In this document: positions 19,741 to 41,553 of the stretch, piece after piece
How positions within the stretch are numbered: position 1 is the stretch's first letter
Layout of the letters: every line of letters begins with the position of its first letter
NCBI GenBank assembly: GCA_009914755.4
Contig: CP068257.2
Coordinates: 12,512,001 to 12,576,000, forward strand
DNA: 64,000 nucleotides
Source: the human T2T-CHM13v2.0 reference genome, Homo sapiens
Direction: 5' to 3'
Notes under the pieces: generated by a model
Database searches by the model: none
What the model was told of the DNA's origin: nothing
What the model saw: the letters and a program-made list of their open reading frames with translations, nothing else
Program-made: the position numbers and the translations under genes

Positions 19741-20126
19741 CAAAAGATTTTTAATGTGCACACTCAAACTCACAGCAACTTTTCTGGTGTTTTTAACTGC
19801 TCTATTATAAATAAAAGTTGTAGCACCCCGGCTCCAGTCTACTACAATTACATTCATATCTTCTTCATTCAGCAAAATCCTTACGAAGTTCTGAAGCCAT
19901 AATGGGATGGAGCCTACTGGTCTGTATCCGTGAATAAGCCAGACTGTTTTCTTTTGTGTGTTGAAATTAACATTAAGTGAGTTATTTTGTTCAAACAGTG
20001 GCTCAGCACAGTTTAGGTTGTTCCTTGTATACATCATCAGAATGGTCTCTATTCTCGGAATAAATAAATCTCTGAAGGAATCCTTTACACTTAGCTGAGA
20101 GAATTCAAGGCATGGTCTTTTATTAT
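19741..20126 (-). CDS. LIPI: LIPI coding exon 2 (D NKRPCLEFSQLSVKDSFRDLFIPRIETILMMYTRNNLNCAEPLFEQNNSLNVNFNTQKKTVWLIHGYRPVGSIPLWLQNFVRILLNEEDMNVIVVDWSRGATTFIYNRAVKNTRKVAVSLSVHIKNLL). Acceptor cag is at 20129-20127 and donor GTAAGT at 19740-19735.
   Basis: The ORF-track minus ORF at 19558-20037 covers most of the exon. It shows the pancreatic-lipase-family N-terminal domain signature (IHGF/Y…, VIVVDW). The exon phase joins exon 1 (…VRS D). Confidence 0.85.
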
Positions 20127-21785
20127 CTGAAATAAGAAAATGTCAGTCAAGCTGAGTACTGGGATAGTATTTTATTCCTGTTGCTATTGCAAAGAACAGA
20201 ATTAAATGTGGAGGGTAGGGAGGATTTCATTTCATGAGCCCTTCAACATAATTTACTGAGCAACTGCAATGTTGAAGGTAATGTATTAATTATGTAAAAA
20301 GATTTTCTGAACCAAAAGTAATGGAAAATATAAATGTGATTGGTTAAAAAATTAAGAAGAGATTTTTATCTGTACAAAATATAATAGTAATGGGTGTGAG
20401 CGAAAATAAGATTGTTAATAAAGTGCAATGGGTACTAATCAAAGTTGATACATTGATTATAAACTTTAACAAAAGTTTTACAGAGTAGTCCTTGTACAAT
20501 AAGCATTAGCATAAAATATATTTAACTTGTCTAGTCATCAATACAAAACAATAAAGTAATATTTTCCCCATAAAATTTAAAATGTTTCAAAAAATTAAAT
20601 AATAAATATTAATATAACATGAATGTTGAGATCATAAGTTGATACAACATTCCTTTGAAATTTTGCATGTGTGTGCTTACTGTACACATAAACTTAACAA
20701 ATCTTTTTCTTAATTTTCTTTCTAGGACTTACAAACCATTTGTAATAAGTGTAAAGACTTTAACCGCTGGGTTATGTATAATGGGACAAAAATGTAAAAC
20801 ATCTTAAATCTCATCCTTATAGTATTTTCATCCATGTGTGCATTCTATAACTATTAACTATCTATCTATATATTGCTCTATATACTTATCTATCTACCCT
20901 AGAAAGAACTAGGGCAGAAAATAAATAACTAAACCAGATGAATAGCAATAGTCATTGCTAGACAATGAAATGATGACTGCCTTTTGTTTTCTTTTTCACA
21001 GATTTTTGTGATTCTATTTTTTTCATAATAAGCAAATAATCCCCATAGTGGTTTTTTTTCCAGATGATAGTATATGTTCATACTGCTTCTAGCACTTTAA
21101 TTTGATAATAATATTCAGGAAATAATTTTTCAATCCATACCAAAAATTAACAAAAGTATTAATGCACTTTATGCCAGTAATTCCACTTTAAAGAATCTAT
21201 CCCAGAAAAACATAGCAAAACAAGAGGTAACGTATTATTTTAATACTGAGATAATATGCATTTCTTACAATAATTCTAGTTTTCAAGTATATACACAATA
21301 TTGTCACAATTGATTAGATGAAGAGAAATAAGGAAGGCAATGAAGGAGAAGCAAGACTTGCATTCCATTCCTATATTAACAGCTGAGAGATATTTGGAAA
21401 AATTATTTCATTTGTTGTAAATATCAGAGAATGAGGAAGAGAAATATATTGAAACACAATACAATATGAATGCATGCTACACCGTGCAAATTGTGTGGGA
21501 AATCTATACATCCACCTTCTCACCACCTGGAATTCTGACAAGAATTTAATACATATCAATACCAATCAATACATCCAAAGTGCTGGTCCACTCCAAGCTA
21601 AAGTCAATTTTACCTGGCCCTAGAATAAGTAATGAGGAATAAACCAGTAGGATCCTGGTGATAAATACAAGAGAAAGAAATCATCACCTAATATAATCAA
21701 CAAATATATCTATTATCTATTAAAAGATATAAAATATTTTTCATTAGAATGCAAGAAAAAATACATCTCAAAAACTGGAGCAGGA

Positions 21786-22232
<447 letters not shown>

Positions 22233-22882
22233 TTAAAAAGTAACAAGATATTTAAAGGAGGTACACAGGCAATTTTAAATAAATAGAGAACTAAGTATAT
22301 TCTATACAAAATAAAAAGAAAATAGGTTGGTGTGTTATAGTGCAATAATGGCACCAATTCACCACTCCCTGAATCCATCTCATTTCTCTTGGAAATTTTA
22401 GTTACATCATAAGTGGGGTGACTTGTTCCACTCCTTGATATGGACACAAATGTAGGGCGTGCCCTAGAAAATAGAACCTTAGGAAACTTAATGCAAGCAG
22501 AGGCTTAAAATCAGCTTGTGTATGTGGGCTTGGACGTCCTAACCTCTGCTATCACCACAAAAGCATCCATAGTCTGGCCTGTTAGAAAAGGAAAGACAGT
22601 TGTAACAGTGCAAAGTCCTCCAATGTGCTAGGTTCTAGTCACCCCAGCTGACTGACAGTCATTCAATAGCCAGACATGAATTGAACCAAGAAAAACAGTG
22701 TTACCTAACCAACTCCCATATGACTCCACAAGTGTGAGTAACAGCTGCTTAACATCAAATCCCACTGAGGGTTAAGAGTTTTATTTTATTTTTATTTTAT
22801 TTTGGCATTATTGTGACATCATATAGTCGATTTCATCAGCAACATTAATATCAAGTAAAGAGAATAAAAACAAAAGTCATCA

Positions 22883-23236
<354 letters not shown>

Positions 23237-23989
23237 CTAATGTATTGTCAAACTCTTAAGGAACATTAAATTGATTCAATTCTACTAGATTTAGGAATAG
23301 AAAGAAAAATAAAATTCTAGACAACAAAAACTTACAGAAATCCCTGATGAGATTATAAGTGGACTCTTCAGCAGAAACTTTGCAGGGCAGAAGGCAATGG
23401 AAAGATATATTTTAAATGTTGAAAGAAAAACTATCAACCTAGAATTCCATATCCAACAAAATTGTCCTTTAAAAATGAGGAAGAAATTAAAACATTCCAA
23501 CATTCCCACACAAGCATAAGCTGGGAATTCCTTACCTCCAGACCCACTCTACATGAAATGTTAATGCAAGTCCTTCACATTTAAAAGAAAGTACACTAGA
23601 CAAGTAACTAGAAGTCATACAAAAATACAAAAATATAAGTTTCTGTGGTAAAGACAAATATATGACAAATAAAAACAGTTTTGCTTTGTAACTTTACTTT
23701 TTATTTTCTACAGGACTTAAAAGACAAATGAATAAAAATAATTATGAATGCATGTTAATGGGTACACAATATATAATGATGTAATTTGTGTCATCGGTAA
23801 AATTAAGTAGGGGAGAGTGGAACTGTAAAGAAGTAGAGAATTTTGTTATGGTATTGGAGTTAAGTTAGTATCAATTTTAAAAAGATAATGATTTTGGGCT
23901 ATTATTTGTAATCCTCAATGTAATCAAAAAGAAAACATCTATAGAATATTTAAGAAAGAAAATGAGAAGAGAATCAAAACACGCTGCTA

Positions 23990-25530
23990 CCAAAAAAATC
24001 AATTAAACACAAAGAAAGGCAGTAGTGGAGGAAATGAGGGACAAAAAGGCTTTAAGACATACAGAAAACTAATAACAAAGTGGTAAAAATAAGTGCTTTG
24101 CTATCAATGATAATTTTAAATGTAGGTAGACTAAACAACCCCCCCAACTGAAAACATATTGGCAGAATGAATAAAAATCAGGACCAGACTATATGTTACC
24201 TACAAGAGACTCAGTTTAGATTTAAAGACATATAGGCTGAAACTTAAAGAATGTAAAAAGATATTCAATGCAAAATGTAACTAAAAGTGAGCAGAAATGC
24301 TGCACTAACATCAAGCAAATTAACTAAGTTAAAATCTGTTACAAGAGACAAATATATTAAAATGCTGAAACAGTAAAAATTCTTAGAAGAAAACAAGGGG
24401 GAAACATTCATACCTTGGATTTGGCATTGATTTCTTGAATATTACAAGAACAGAACCACAGGCGACAACAGAAAAAAAAAATGAGTAAATTGGACTTAAT
24501 CAAAAGTAAAACTTTTATGCATCAAAGGACATTATCAACAAAGTAAAAAGGCAACCCACTGAATGTGAGAAAATATTTATTAATCATATATCTGATATGG
24601 ATTAATTAATTAATATCAGAATATTATAATGAACTTCTATCACTCAACAACAAAAACACAAACAACCCAATTAAAACTGGGCAAAGACTTAAATTGACTT
24701 ATCAATGAAGATATCCAAAAGTTCCATAAGCTTATGAAAACAAGCTCAATATCACTATCACTAATAATTGGGGAAACAGAAATCAAAAGTATAATGAGAT
24801 GCCACTTCCTACCTATTATGATACTTGCTAAAAACACACACACACAAAAATGGAAAATAACAACTGTTGGTGAGGATGTACAGAAATTGGAACCATTGTG
24901 CATTGCTGATGGGTTATAAAATGGTGTAGCTGCTGTGGAAAATGGTATGGTGGCTCCTCAAAAATTGAAAATAAACCTACCATATTATCCAGCAATTCCA
25001 CTTCTGTATATACACCCAAAAGAATTGAAAACAGTAACTGGAAAATATATTTGTATACCCATGTTTATAGAAGCATTATTTACAATAGCTAAAAGGTGGA
25101 AGCCACACAAGTATCCATCAACAGGTGAATGAACAAAACCTGGTAGATATCTAGAATGGAATATTGTTCAGCTTTGAAAAGGTGAAATTGACACATACTA
25201 CAATAAGAATAACTTTGAAGACATTATGTCAAGTGAAAATAAACTGGACATAAAAGGACAAATACCATATGATTCAATTTAAATGAGATACCGAGATCAG
25301 TCAAATTTATAGAGACGGAAAGTAGGATTGTGGTTGCCCTGGGCTGAGGGAAAAGGGGAAATGAGGAGTTATATTTAATAGATATAGAGTTGATGGGTAC
25401 AGAATTTGAGTTTTGAAAGATAAAAAATTCTGGCGATGGATGATGATCATGGTTGCATGACAGTGTGCATGCAGTTAATGCCACTAACCTATAAACTTAA
25501 AAATGGCTAAAATAATAATTTTTTCTGTGT
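23990..25530 (+). mobile_element. Old L1 (L1PB/L1M-like) copy with internal deletions. It comprises an ORF2 EN N-terminal fragment and the ORF2 C-terminus plus 3'UTR.
   Basis: Translations resemble the L1 ORF2p EN domain (…CYLQETQFRFKD…) and the C-terminal domain (…MRCHFLPIMILAK…, IPLLYIHPKELKT…, FTIAKRWKPHKYPSTGE). The old-L1 3'UTR motif ggttgccctgggctgaggg…gatgggtacagaatttgagttttg… is present. Confidence 0.6.
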
Positions 25531-26399
25531 GTTTGACACAATTGAAAGAAAACAAAACAAAACATTAAGAATCCAATTCCTGTCATTATAGATATCTCAT
25601 CCCAGATTTGCCTTACTGCTGTAAACAACCAGAACAGTGGATAAACTATATGGGAAAAAAATTTAGACACTGGACAACAAAAAACACAGAATTGTGATTG
25701 CTGAAAGGGAAGCAATGTATTTGAACCCTATAAACTCATAGCTTTCTGCTTGGAGGCCATTTCCAGACTGCTGTGTAAAAAGGGCTCAATTAATCAGAGT
25801 ATAGCAGTCTTGTCAAGTCGGGGAGAAACATCAGAGTCTGGGAAGTCTGAGACAACTAGAATTTGAAAGGCAAAGTGTCAGAGAGGAAGGAGCCAGGCAG
25901 AAGAAAAACTCTGAAATCTGCATAGGGGTCTCTTATATCTGGATGTTGCTGGATCCATATGTTGCTGGATATGATCCTTTGCATACATGGGATAGAATCA
26001 CAAAGAGCTGAAAGCTGAACAATTTTCGAGGTCACATTAGACTAGGAGAGATTGAAGTTGCAACTAGGCAAAGTAGGAAGACCTTAATAAATGCAGGGAC
26101 ATTCAGTAGGATCCCCAGAATGGTCAGACTTTAGTTTAAATGGCACTAAACCAAGTCTAGAATAAAAGAGAACTTAGAGTCATCCTCCTTCTCTCATTCT
26201 CCAAGCTCTGCTTGCTTTCATTCAGCCTCATTATCTGGCAAAGGACAGGCTATGCATATAAAATATTTAAGGAAAACATTAACAATCTTGGCATAGGCAA
26301 AGGACTCTAAGATACGATACACAGTAAACATGAAACAGAAAAAAGTGATAAATTGGGCTTTTACATAATAATACATATCTTCTAAAAGGACACTGTTAA

Positions 26400-27232
26400 G
26401 AATATGAATATGCAGACTTGTGTATCTGAAAAATACTTGTATCTAGACTAACATGTATATGTATTATAATAAGAAAATTCAATGTTTCAATCGGCAAAAG
26501 AATTAAAGACATTTTACAAAAGATGGCATAATGTCTAAGAAGCTCAAGAAATAATACTCGACATCACTAGTCATCAAAACAATGTGAATTAAAACCAAAA
26601 TAATATACCACTACATACCCAGGAGAATGGCTAACATTAAAAACTGACAAAACCAATGAGGATGTAAAGCAACTGAAACCCTTGAACATTGCTGGGGGAA
26701 ATGACAAAATGATACAATTATTGTTAGTTTCTTATAAGGTTACATGCACTTATATGACCCGAAAAATTAACTTGTGGATGTTAATGCATGAGAAATAAAA
26801 ACATGTCCTTACCACATTTACGAGTTCGTAGCGTTTTTTTTTTTTTACATGACACCAAATTGTAAAAAAAAAAAACAAAACAAGAAGTATATGGGTAAAT
26901 AAACTGTGGCATGTCTGTGTAATTTAATACTACCCAGCAATAAAAAGAAATAAACTTTTTATGCATGCAAAAACTTTGATGAATCACAAAAGCATTATGC
27001 TGAGCAAAAGACTCCAGAAACAAAAAAGTACATATTTTAAATTTTCATGTATATGAAATTCTATAAAAGAAATATTTAATCTAGCGTCATAAAGAAGGTC
27101 TGGGTTATATCGAACCAGAGGTGTGGAAGGGATTAATTGCAAAAAGCTAACTAACTTTTAAGGGTGCAGGAAGTGTTTTATATCTTGATTTTATGGTTGT
27201 TATATAAGTGCACATAAGAAGTATGGTGCACC
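26400..27232 (+). mobile_element. Ancient L1M 3'-end fragment (ORF2 C-terminus remnant plus 3'UTR).
   Basis: Degenerate …STSLVIKTM*IKTKIIYHYIPRRMANIKN… and …LEHCWGK… translations, followed by a typical L1M 3'UTR. Confidence 0.5.
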
Positions 27233-27252
27233 TATTTTTTCAAAACTCATTA

Positions 27253-27555
27253 GGCTTGGTGCAGTGGCTCACATCTGTAATCCCAGAACTCTGGGAGGCC
27301 AAGGCAGGAGAATAGCTGGAGGCTAGGAGTTCAAGACAAGCCTGAGCAAGGTAGCAAGATGATGTCTTTACAAAAAAAAAGTAAAAATCTAGGTCTGGTA
27401 GTGCACACCTGTGGTCCTGCCTACTCAGGAGGCTGAGGTAGGAGGATTGCTTGAACCCAGAAGATCAAGGCTGCAGTGAGCCATGGTAGCACCACTGCAC
27501 TCCAGCCTGGGCAACAGAAGGAGAACCTATCTCAACAACAACAACAAAAAATAAT
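27253..27555 (+). mobile_element. Older Alu (AluJ-like) with a (CAA)n/A-rich tail.
   Basis: ggcttggtgcagtggctcacatctgtaatcccagaactctgggaggccaaggcagg…gcactccagcctgggcaacagaaggagaacctatctcaacaacaacaacaaaaaa. Confidence 0.8.
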
Positions 27556-27734
27556 CAAAGTACATTTAAATGTGTGTACATTTTATTGTATTTATAGTAA
27601 ACATCAATAAAATTAGTTTTAAAAAACATAGTAAAGGTCCAATACTTTTTAAATAATAGAAAAAATATAAAGTTCAACAAATAATTCTTAAAACCTGGAA
27701 TAACCCTAATATCAAACATAAAGATAGGACAAAT

Positions 27735-27762
27735 ACACACACACACACACACACACATACAC
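27735..27762. repeat. (CA)n dinucleotide microsatellite.
   Basis: acacacacacacacacacacacatacac. Confidence 0.8.
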
Positions 27763-28084
27763 CAGATAAATGAGATATAAGTCATTGTAACCCATACAAC
27801 AATCTAATGGCAAAATTCCCAAATCACAAAAATACAGAGCATAAGAACAAAAAAATAATTTATACTATTTTAAATATAAGTTAAAATAGAAATATAATTT
27901 ATTAAAATAACAGAATGCTTTTTTATTTTATGCCAATTGGAATCATCATACTAATGATAAAACACTAGGGCATATTTCCATTAAAATTAAGAAAGTATAA
28001 AAAGTGCTATCATACTATGTATTATTTTTTAATATTCTAACTTAGCATTAAGATTTGAAAAGTAGGAAGCTAAAAATCATGATA

Positions 28085-34561
<6,477 letters not shown>

Positions 34562-34905
34562 AAGAGAAAGAAAGAAAATGTGGTACATATACACCATGGA
34601 ATACTATGCAGCCTTAAAAATGAATGAGATCATAGCCTTCACAGGGACACGAATGGAGCTAAAGGCCATTATCCTTAGCAAATTAACACAGAAACAGAAA
34701 ACCAAATGCCACATGTTCTCACTTCTAAGTGGGAGCTAAATGCTGAAATCACATGGACACATGGGGGAGAACAACACACACTGGGCCCTGTTTGTGGGGG
34801 TTATGGGGAGCGAGAGCATCAGGAAGAATATCTAATGGATGCTAGGCTTAATATGTGTACTGGTATAAATAAATGTAGTGGTATTTAATTCAAAAATTTT
34901 CAGTT
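34562..34905 (+). mobile_element. 3' continuation of the older host L1 (ORF2 C-terminal end plus a short 3'UTR) downstream of the nested insertion.
   Basis: …[54 protein letters not shown], then an old-L1 3'UTR-like sequence. Confidence 0.6.
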
Positions 34906-35004
34906 ATATGATATAATCAATTACTATTTTTTGAAGGATGAGTGGGTTTAAGCCGGTTTAAACTAGGTTCCTATGATTTGCAAATTAGTCTTTTTTTTAA
35001 AAAA

Positions 35005-35100
35005 GAGGTAGAAGGGTTTGGGAGGAGAGAGAGAAAAGAAGGAAAAGAAAACAGAAAGAAGAGGAAAAGAGAAAAGAGGAAAAAATGAAAAAAGAAATTT
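35005..35100. repeat. Polypurine (GA/GAA-rich) low-complexity tract.
   Basis: gaggtagaagggtttgggaggagagagagaaaagaaggaaaagaaaacagaaagaagaggaaaagagaaaagaggaaaaaatgaaaaaagaaa. Confidence 0.6.
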
Positions 35101-38100
35101 TTAAAAATACAGTACTGAAATACACCATGATTGAATATAAGCATTAATATCATGAAGTAAATTCTGCTCAAATTAATTTATATGTGCAGTGCAATTCTAA
35201 AATAATCTCAATACAATAACTAAGGAGAGGCAGAAACTGTATAAGAAAAATAAATGACATTTTGAAGATAATAGGACCATGATTAAAATTATGTTCACAT
35301 AATAAACCAATTAAAAAGAGGCCTGTGAAACAGAACCAAAAATAGTTTAATGAAATAGAATGGGGACACCCATAAATATATCATTTTAACTATAATAATT
35401 ATGGCAATTAAAAGCAGTCAAAGGTGATGGATTTTTAAATAAACAATGCTAGGATAATTATTTGATTCTAGTTATATTAAAGTATTCCATGTAAAAGTAA
35501 AATCATATGAACTAGAAGAAGGACACAGTTAATATATATATGATCTCAGATTGAAGAATAATTTTTCAGCATAAAAACAAAGGAAGAAACCAGGAAGCCA
35601 ATAGATTTCATAGCACATACATTTAAAACATCTGTACATAAAGAAACACTATAAACTAGACAAAAGACAAAAAATGAACTACGGAAGTGTTTTCAATATA
35701 AGGTAGGAAAGGAACTAATATATATATACAAAACCATAAATGAGAAAAAAGAAAAAGAATACTATAGTTGAACACCAGGTAAGGGATATAAACAGATATT
35801 TTCTAAAAATATTCAAAGAGTTCATAAATGTATTAAACATATGCTTAGTCTCCTTAAAAAATCAATAAATTTTAATTAAAATAAAATTACCATATCATTT
35901 TTACCTTTATACTCATTGACTACTAACATCAATGTATATTGCAACATTTCAATACAGAATATTTAGGATTCAATTAAATACATGGAAATTATAGACTGGA
36001 AAAATAAATTATCATGTATTTCTAAGATGGGGACTATGCAGCATTTAAGAAATTATGTTTCTGAAAACTAAGGATAACATCAGAAAGCACGTATTATGTA
36101 AAATGAAATACAATAAGATAATAAAAACCATACACATGAACCATATGAATATATATTTCTGCATATATAGCCCATATTTATATAGTACTCATTTTATCCA
36201 TGATATAGCGTATATATAATACACTGTAAACACATGTATATATTTGTGCACATACCTCCCCCCACACACACATCTTTATTGGGTAAGATATTAACCAACA
36301 CAAATGTAGTTTGCAGTGATGCTGATTAAATTGTGTTCTCAGTTTATCTGTATTTCTCTGTGTGATTTCTATTGTCTGTATTTTAATATTTTTAGTTTCC
36401 TATGTCTAAAATATTCATTTCTTAGTTTAATGAGAAAAAATAGATTTAATAGACTTCAGTTAATTAAGAATAAAAATTGCCAAAATGAATGGTATCAGCA
36501 AAAACTGAATATATCTAAAACAGAAAGATTAGTATTAATTTTTGTACCTGTTTGAAAAATTAACAAATTGAGGATCTGAGAAATAGACTAAGTAACTCTA
36601 TTGTGATTCAAAATTCACTAGCAGGTACATAATATAGAATTTTATTTCCAAAGATGTAGGAAGATAATGACTCTAGCAGTAATCTCAACAGAGAGGTAAG
36701 CTGAGAAATAATACTGAAAATCTTATTAGGTTTCAAATTATAGAAGCAGCAAAAATGTTAAAAATACCAAAGACACATGGGGAAGTTATAAATAATCATT
36801 GTAGGTTGTCCAGCATTCTCTCTGAAACATATTTCCATTACAGTTACAATGCCTGTGAAATTGAGAGCAAGGAGATTAAAACAGACAGTCCAGAGGCAGG
36901 CATAGTGCCCTGGACGTGAGCAGCTGAGACTCAAGTACCTCTAGCCTCTCTCAAACATCTCTTGTGACTCTGAGCAAGTTATTTTACCTCTCATCTCTGA
37001 GTCTCAGTTTCCTCATGTTTAAATGGAAGGAGTTGAAAGAAATGGTCTCCTGTTACTGTAACATTCTTTGATTTCAAATGCTTTTTCATGCTGGGCAAGC
37101 TGCTGAGATAAGTTTGTCTTGCAATTTTCAGTGTTTTCATTATTGATTTTATGGTGTATAAAGATAACTTAGTTTGTAATCAAAATGAACAAAAGAACCA
37201 CTAGTTTTGCTGACTCAAGAACAGAGAGCCTTAAAACTTAGCCATAAAAAGCTACAATCCTCACACATCTTAGAAAGATTTAACCCTTTTTTTTTCTGAT
37301 AATCTAAACCCCCATTCTCATCCCAAAAATCCTACATGAAAACCTCCTTCATTCTCTTTCCTCATTTCTGGAAAAAAAACGGATTTGTTAACAACAACAA
37401 TATTAACCACATGATAATAGTTTATATTCAGCTATCACTTCATGGCAAGCCCAGTGTTGTTTTATATTTCCTCTTCTTTTCTTCATTTTATATATGAAGA
37501 AAGTGAAGTTAAAAGAGATTACCTGATCTCAGGCACACAACTAGAAGCCACAGGACATTTCTGGGTGAGAACTGAAAAGCATGAGCACTATATTTTTGGC
37601 ACAAGTTATTATGTAAACATTTGAGCAACATAAATAAGACCCTATCAGAAGTTCACTAGCTCTTTGTTTATTCATGTATAATAAGAAGGAAGACCCTTTT
37701 GGGCCAGCAGAATTCCAAGTACGAAACAATTGACCCACTTTATGCTACGAAGACAGTGGCTTCTATGGCCACAGAGCCAGTTAAGACACAACACTGTAGG
37801 TAAAATGTTAAAATCCCTGAATGCTAGTGGCAGAAAGCAAAATAAAAGGCAAATATAGCTTTAATTATGTAGTTGTGAAGCAATCAAAACACACATTTAG
37901 AAAGAATACAAAATTATAGCTAGATAGGAGAAATAAGTTCTAGTGTTCTACATCAGCGTAGAATGACTATAGTTAACAATAATACATAGTTTCAAATAGC
38001 TAGGAGGATATTGAGTGTTCCCAACATAAAGAAATGGTAACTGTTTGAGATATCAATACACTAATTACTTTGATATGATCACTATGCATTATATCTATCA

Positions 38101-39477
38101 AAATATTACTATGTACTCTAGAAATAATAGGCACAACTATGTCAATTAATTTTTTAATGAAAAAACAAGATAGTCAGCAACTCATTTATGCAAATGTTAG
38201 GAAAGCTGCTGAAAATGAATCTGACTACACAAGCAAAATAAAGTAGGTGTCTAACAAGTCTTTATACCAGGAATTCCCAAGAATGATCTTAAAAATGGAT
38301 GTAAAAAAAAATGACTGGGTACATCAGAATTTTCAGAATGTAATTTCCTGGGGCCAACCCCAGAGATTCTGATTTGGTAGATATATCTGCATTTTTTTAA
38401 GTGGGTAACCCAGAGAATTCTCATATGGTAGTTCATGAAGCACACACGGAGAAGTTTTACATCTGGAAATTATCTAAAAGAATTAAAGAGAAAATGAACA
38501 CGGAAAAAAACACAGTGGATTATTCTAACCTAATTTATATTGCTTTCTACGTGACCAAATCAACATTTATGTTACCTTCTTTGAGCTTCACAATAGAGTG
38601 AGATAGTATTACAGCTATTAACTGCATGTAGAGGGTTAAGTGACTTGGCACAAGATGACATGCCACCAGGACATGAATCTGGGTCTTTTAGTTCCAAATT
38701 TCATTTTCTTTCACATGATCCTTGTTTAAAGAGATTTTGGTACAATAAATTAAAATTCCTTGAGGGCATCTGATTTTAGTAAGTCAAGAAAAATTAATCG
38801 TGGATCATATCAGAAAAATACTGACACAATTTAGAGAAAAATAATGATTTTGTTGAGGCACTCAGCTCAGAATCCCATGGGTTCTGGAAAGATTACTGCC
38901 CTACAAACAGGCTTCTAAGGTTCTGTAACTTCCTATACCCTTATTACTCCAAGGTGGTCTGCGTACCCGTAGGCATCACCTGAGTGCTTAGTAGAATTGC
39001 TAATCTTGGGCTTCACCTCCAGCCTATGGATAAGAATTCGCATTTTTATCACATACTACAAGTTCTGTGACTTTACAAAAATAACTTCATTTTATTCTGT
39101 TTTTCACTTTCCTCAACTGTGAAATGAGAAAGCTGAATTATTCTACCTTTAACATCTCTTCCAAAGCACACAGGAGTGGGAAACTATGTCCTGTGGTCAA
39201 GTCTGGTTGGCAAGCTAAGAATGTTTTTTACATGTTTAAATGGTTGGGAAAAAATCAAAATTATAATATTTGGTGACATGAAAGTTACAACAAATTCAAA
39301 TGTGAGTGTCCATAAATAAAGTTGTATTCGTGCACGTGCACATGCACATTTACTTGTTTATGCATTATCTACTGCTGCTTTCTTGCTTTGGTAACAAAGC
39401 TGAGTAGGTGCAAAAGAGACTGTATGGCCCACAAAACGTAAAATATTTACTATCTGGTCGTTTACAAAAATATTTCC

Positions 39478-39770
39478 TGGCTGGCTCAGTGGCTCATGCC
39501 TGTAATCCCAGCACTTTGGGAGGCTGAGAAGGGCAGATCACTTGAGCCCAAGAGTTGGAGACCAGCCTGGGTAACATAGTGAAACGCTGTCTCTCCAAAA
39601 ATTACAAAATTAGCCAGGCGTGGTGGTGTGTGCCTGCAGCCCCAGCTACCCTGCAAGCTGAAGCCAGAGGATTTCTTGAACCTAGGAGGTCGAGGCTGTA
39701 GTGAGCCATGAACTTCACACTGTACTCCAGCCTGGGTGACAGAATGAGACCCTGTCCAAAGAAAAAAAGA
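39478..39770 (+). mobile_element. Alu SINE (AluJ/S-like).
   Basis: ggctggctcagtggctcatgcctgtaatcccagcactttgggaggctgagaagggcagatcacttgagcc… to gaccctgtccaaagaaaaaaag. Confidence 0.85.
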
Positions 39771-41507
39771 ATTTCTGACCCTTGCAATATAATAACAGCA
39801 ACAACAAAAATTTCAGTGTAAATGGTTACAATAAGTTGGTAACTGTACTAAGAATAAATATGCATATATGCATATAATTTGAATATACAGATACATAGAT
39901 GTACTGTATATCTGTATAAAGTTTTTTGATCTATCTCTCCTCTCCCATTTTATTCTACTTACAATTTTTAAAAACACCTGACTAAACTGCTTTTCGGAAT
40001 GTCGTTTCTTTATTAAAGGCAGATTTAATCAATGATTTTCATGTTGACAACCATGAAACATGCCCTCCTTGAGGTATATATCAGAATCTCTAGTGGAGAA
40101 GAAAGGAGCATGTGTAATAAATAAAACACACTTGTATGAAATAAACTACTGGAAATCAACAAAATTTTTTAATCAAGTAGAGATTCAAGGAAAATGAGAG
40201 AATGCATAGAGTCTACATGGGTTAAAAATGAATTTGAGGATCAGTAAAATTTGTAATTCACTTATTTTCTATTTACTACTGTTAATATCTAAAAGTTCTA
40301 CTATTGTATTTTAATCATCATTACACAAGAATTAGCAGACAGAAACATACAAAGCAATTATGTTTGAATTTTCCCAACTGAAAATTTAGGCAACTGACTA
40401 AATAAATACTAATCAAAACAATAATATCAGAAAGTCTGTCAAATAAGTTTTTAATGTAAACTATGATATTAAAATGATTATAACTGTATTAAAAATGACA
40501 CATAAGATTAGGGGCCTAGACTTCAAATTTCTCTGGCTTTCAACTGAAGGTGCCACTATTTTACATTATAATAACATAAAATCCCTATCAAGAAACTTAA
40601 GAGTAATAATATAAATTATAAACTACATATCAGTATCATTTAGTTTCTATATTTAAATATAAAATTCAAACATTTCCAGAATTTATGGTTATCTCAAATA
40701 GCCAATTGAAAACATAAGAAATAATGGTAATTTCTAGTTAATTTTAAAGTTATTCAAGTATGCATTAACAAATTTCAAATAAATTTAAAACATAAAGGAA
40801 ATAATCTGCTCTCATAAAACCCCTACAGAAAACTATCATCTTGAATTTTAAATTTGCCACTGTTATTACCATAAAGTAGAACTAATTGTTCTACTTATAA
40901 GTCGAACAAGTAATTCTACTTTCTCATAAAGTAGAAAACGATACTCTTAATATTGATAAACTTTATTACTGTACGCCAATAAACCAGAATAAAGTTCTAC
41001 CTTATTACCATAAACCAGCTTTGTTTTTCGTCATACTGAATGAGAGCAAAAGTTGTAGTATCTGGTTATTTTGTTTGTTTTGCAATCGATAATTTATCCA
41101 AGTAAGAATTTTCTTCAAAAGTAGAGCTAGTTAAACAAATAAAATTGAAACAAGATATTTAAGGCATAATTTTAAATACCAAATTAATTTCTCCATTACT
41201 GAATTTTTTTCTCTTGAGTATTTCTATTTATTCTCTAGTTACATCTTTTTTTAAAAAAAGGTTTTCTAGTTACTAATTATCTGGCAAGGAAATAAAATGC
41301 AAAATGTCAACTTATTAAACAAACACATGCACACACACACGTACACACACAGAAGTTTTCTTAATAGTAATGTTTGTTATAATTAGTACCAATAATCTAA
41401 CATATTTTTATCCCATTATATCATAACATTCTTTATCCCAGAATACAGACCACACTATTTTATATGCAATTTTTAAAGATAAATCAAATTATTAATTAAT
41501 ATCTTAC

Positions 41508-41553
41508 CAGATCTCACCCAGCACATCAAACAAAGAAAAATGTATACTCTCAT
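41508..41553 (-). CDS. LIPI: LIPI exon 1 coding part (signal peptide MRVYIFLCLMCWVRS plus the first base of Asp). ATG is at 41553-41551 and donor GTAAGA at 41507-41502. The 5'UTR extends to higher coordinates; the TSS is not determined.
   Basis: Minus-strand ATGAGAGTATACATTTTTCTTTGTTTGATGTGCTGGGTGAGATCTG|gtaagat. The ORF-track minus ORF at 41473-41673 contains MRVYIFLCLMCWVRS. Phase-1 joining to exon 2 gives …VRS-D-NKRPC…. Confidence 0.8.

Noticed and set aside
19558-20037. ORF-track boundaries of the LIPI exon 2 ORF.
   Set aside because: The ORF reads through the GTAAGT donor into the intron (…HIKNLL|VSLGILC…) and starts at an internal Met. The real exon is 19741-20126, as defined by splice sites and phase.
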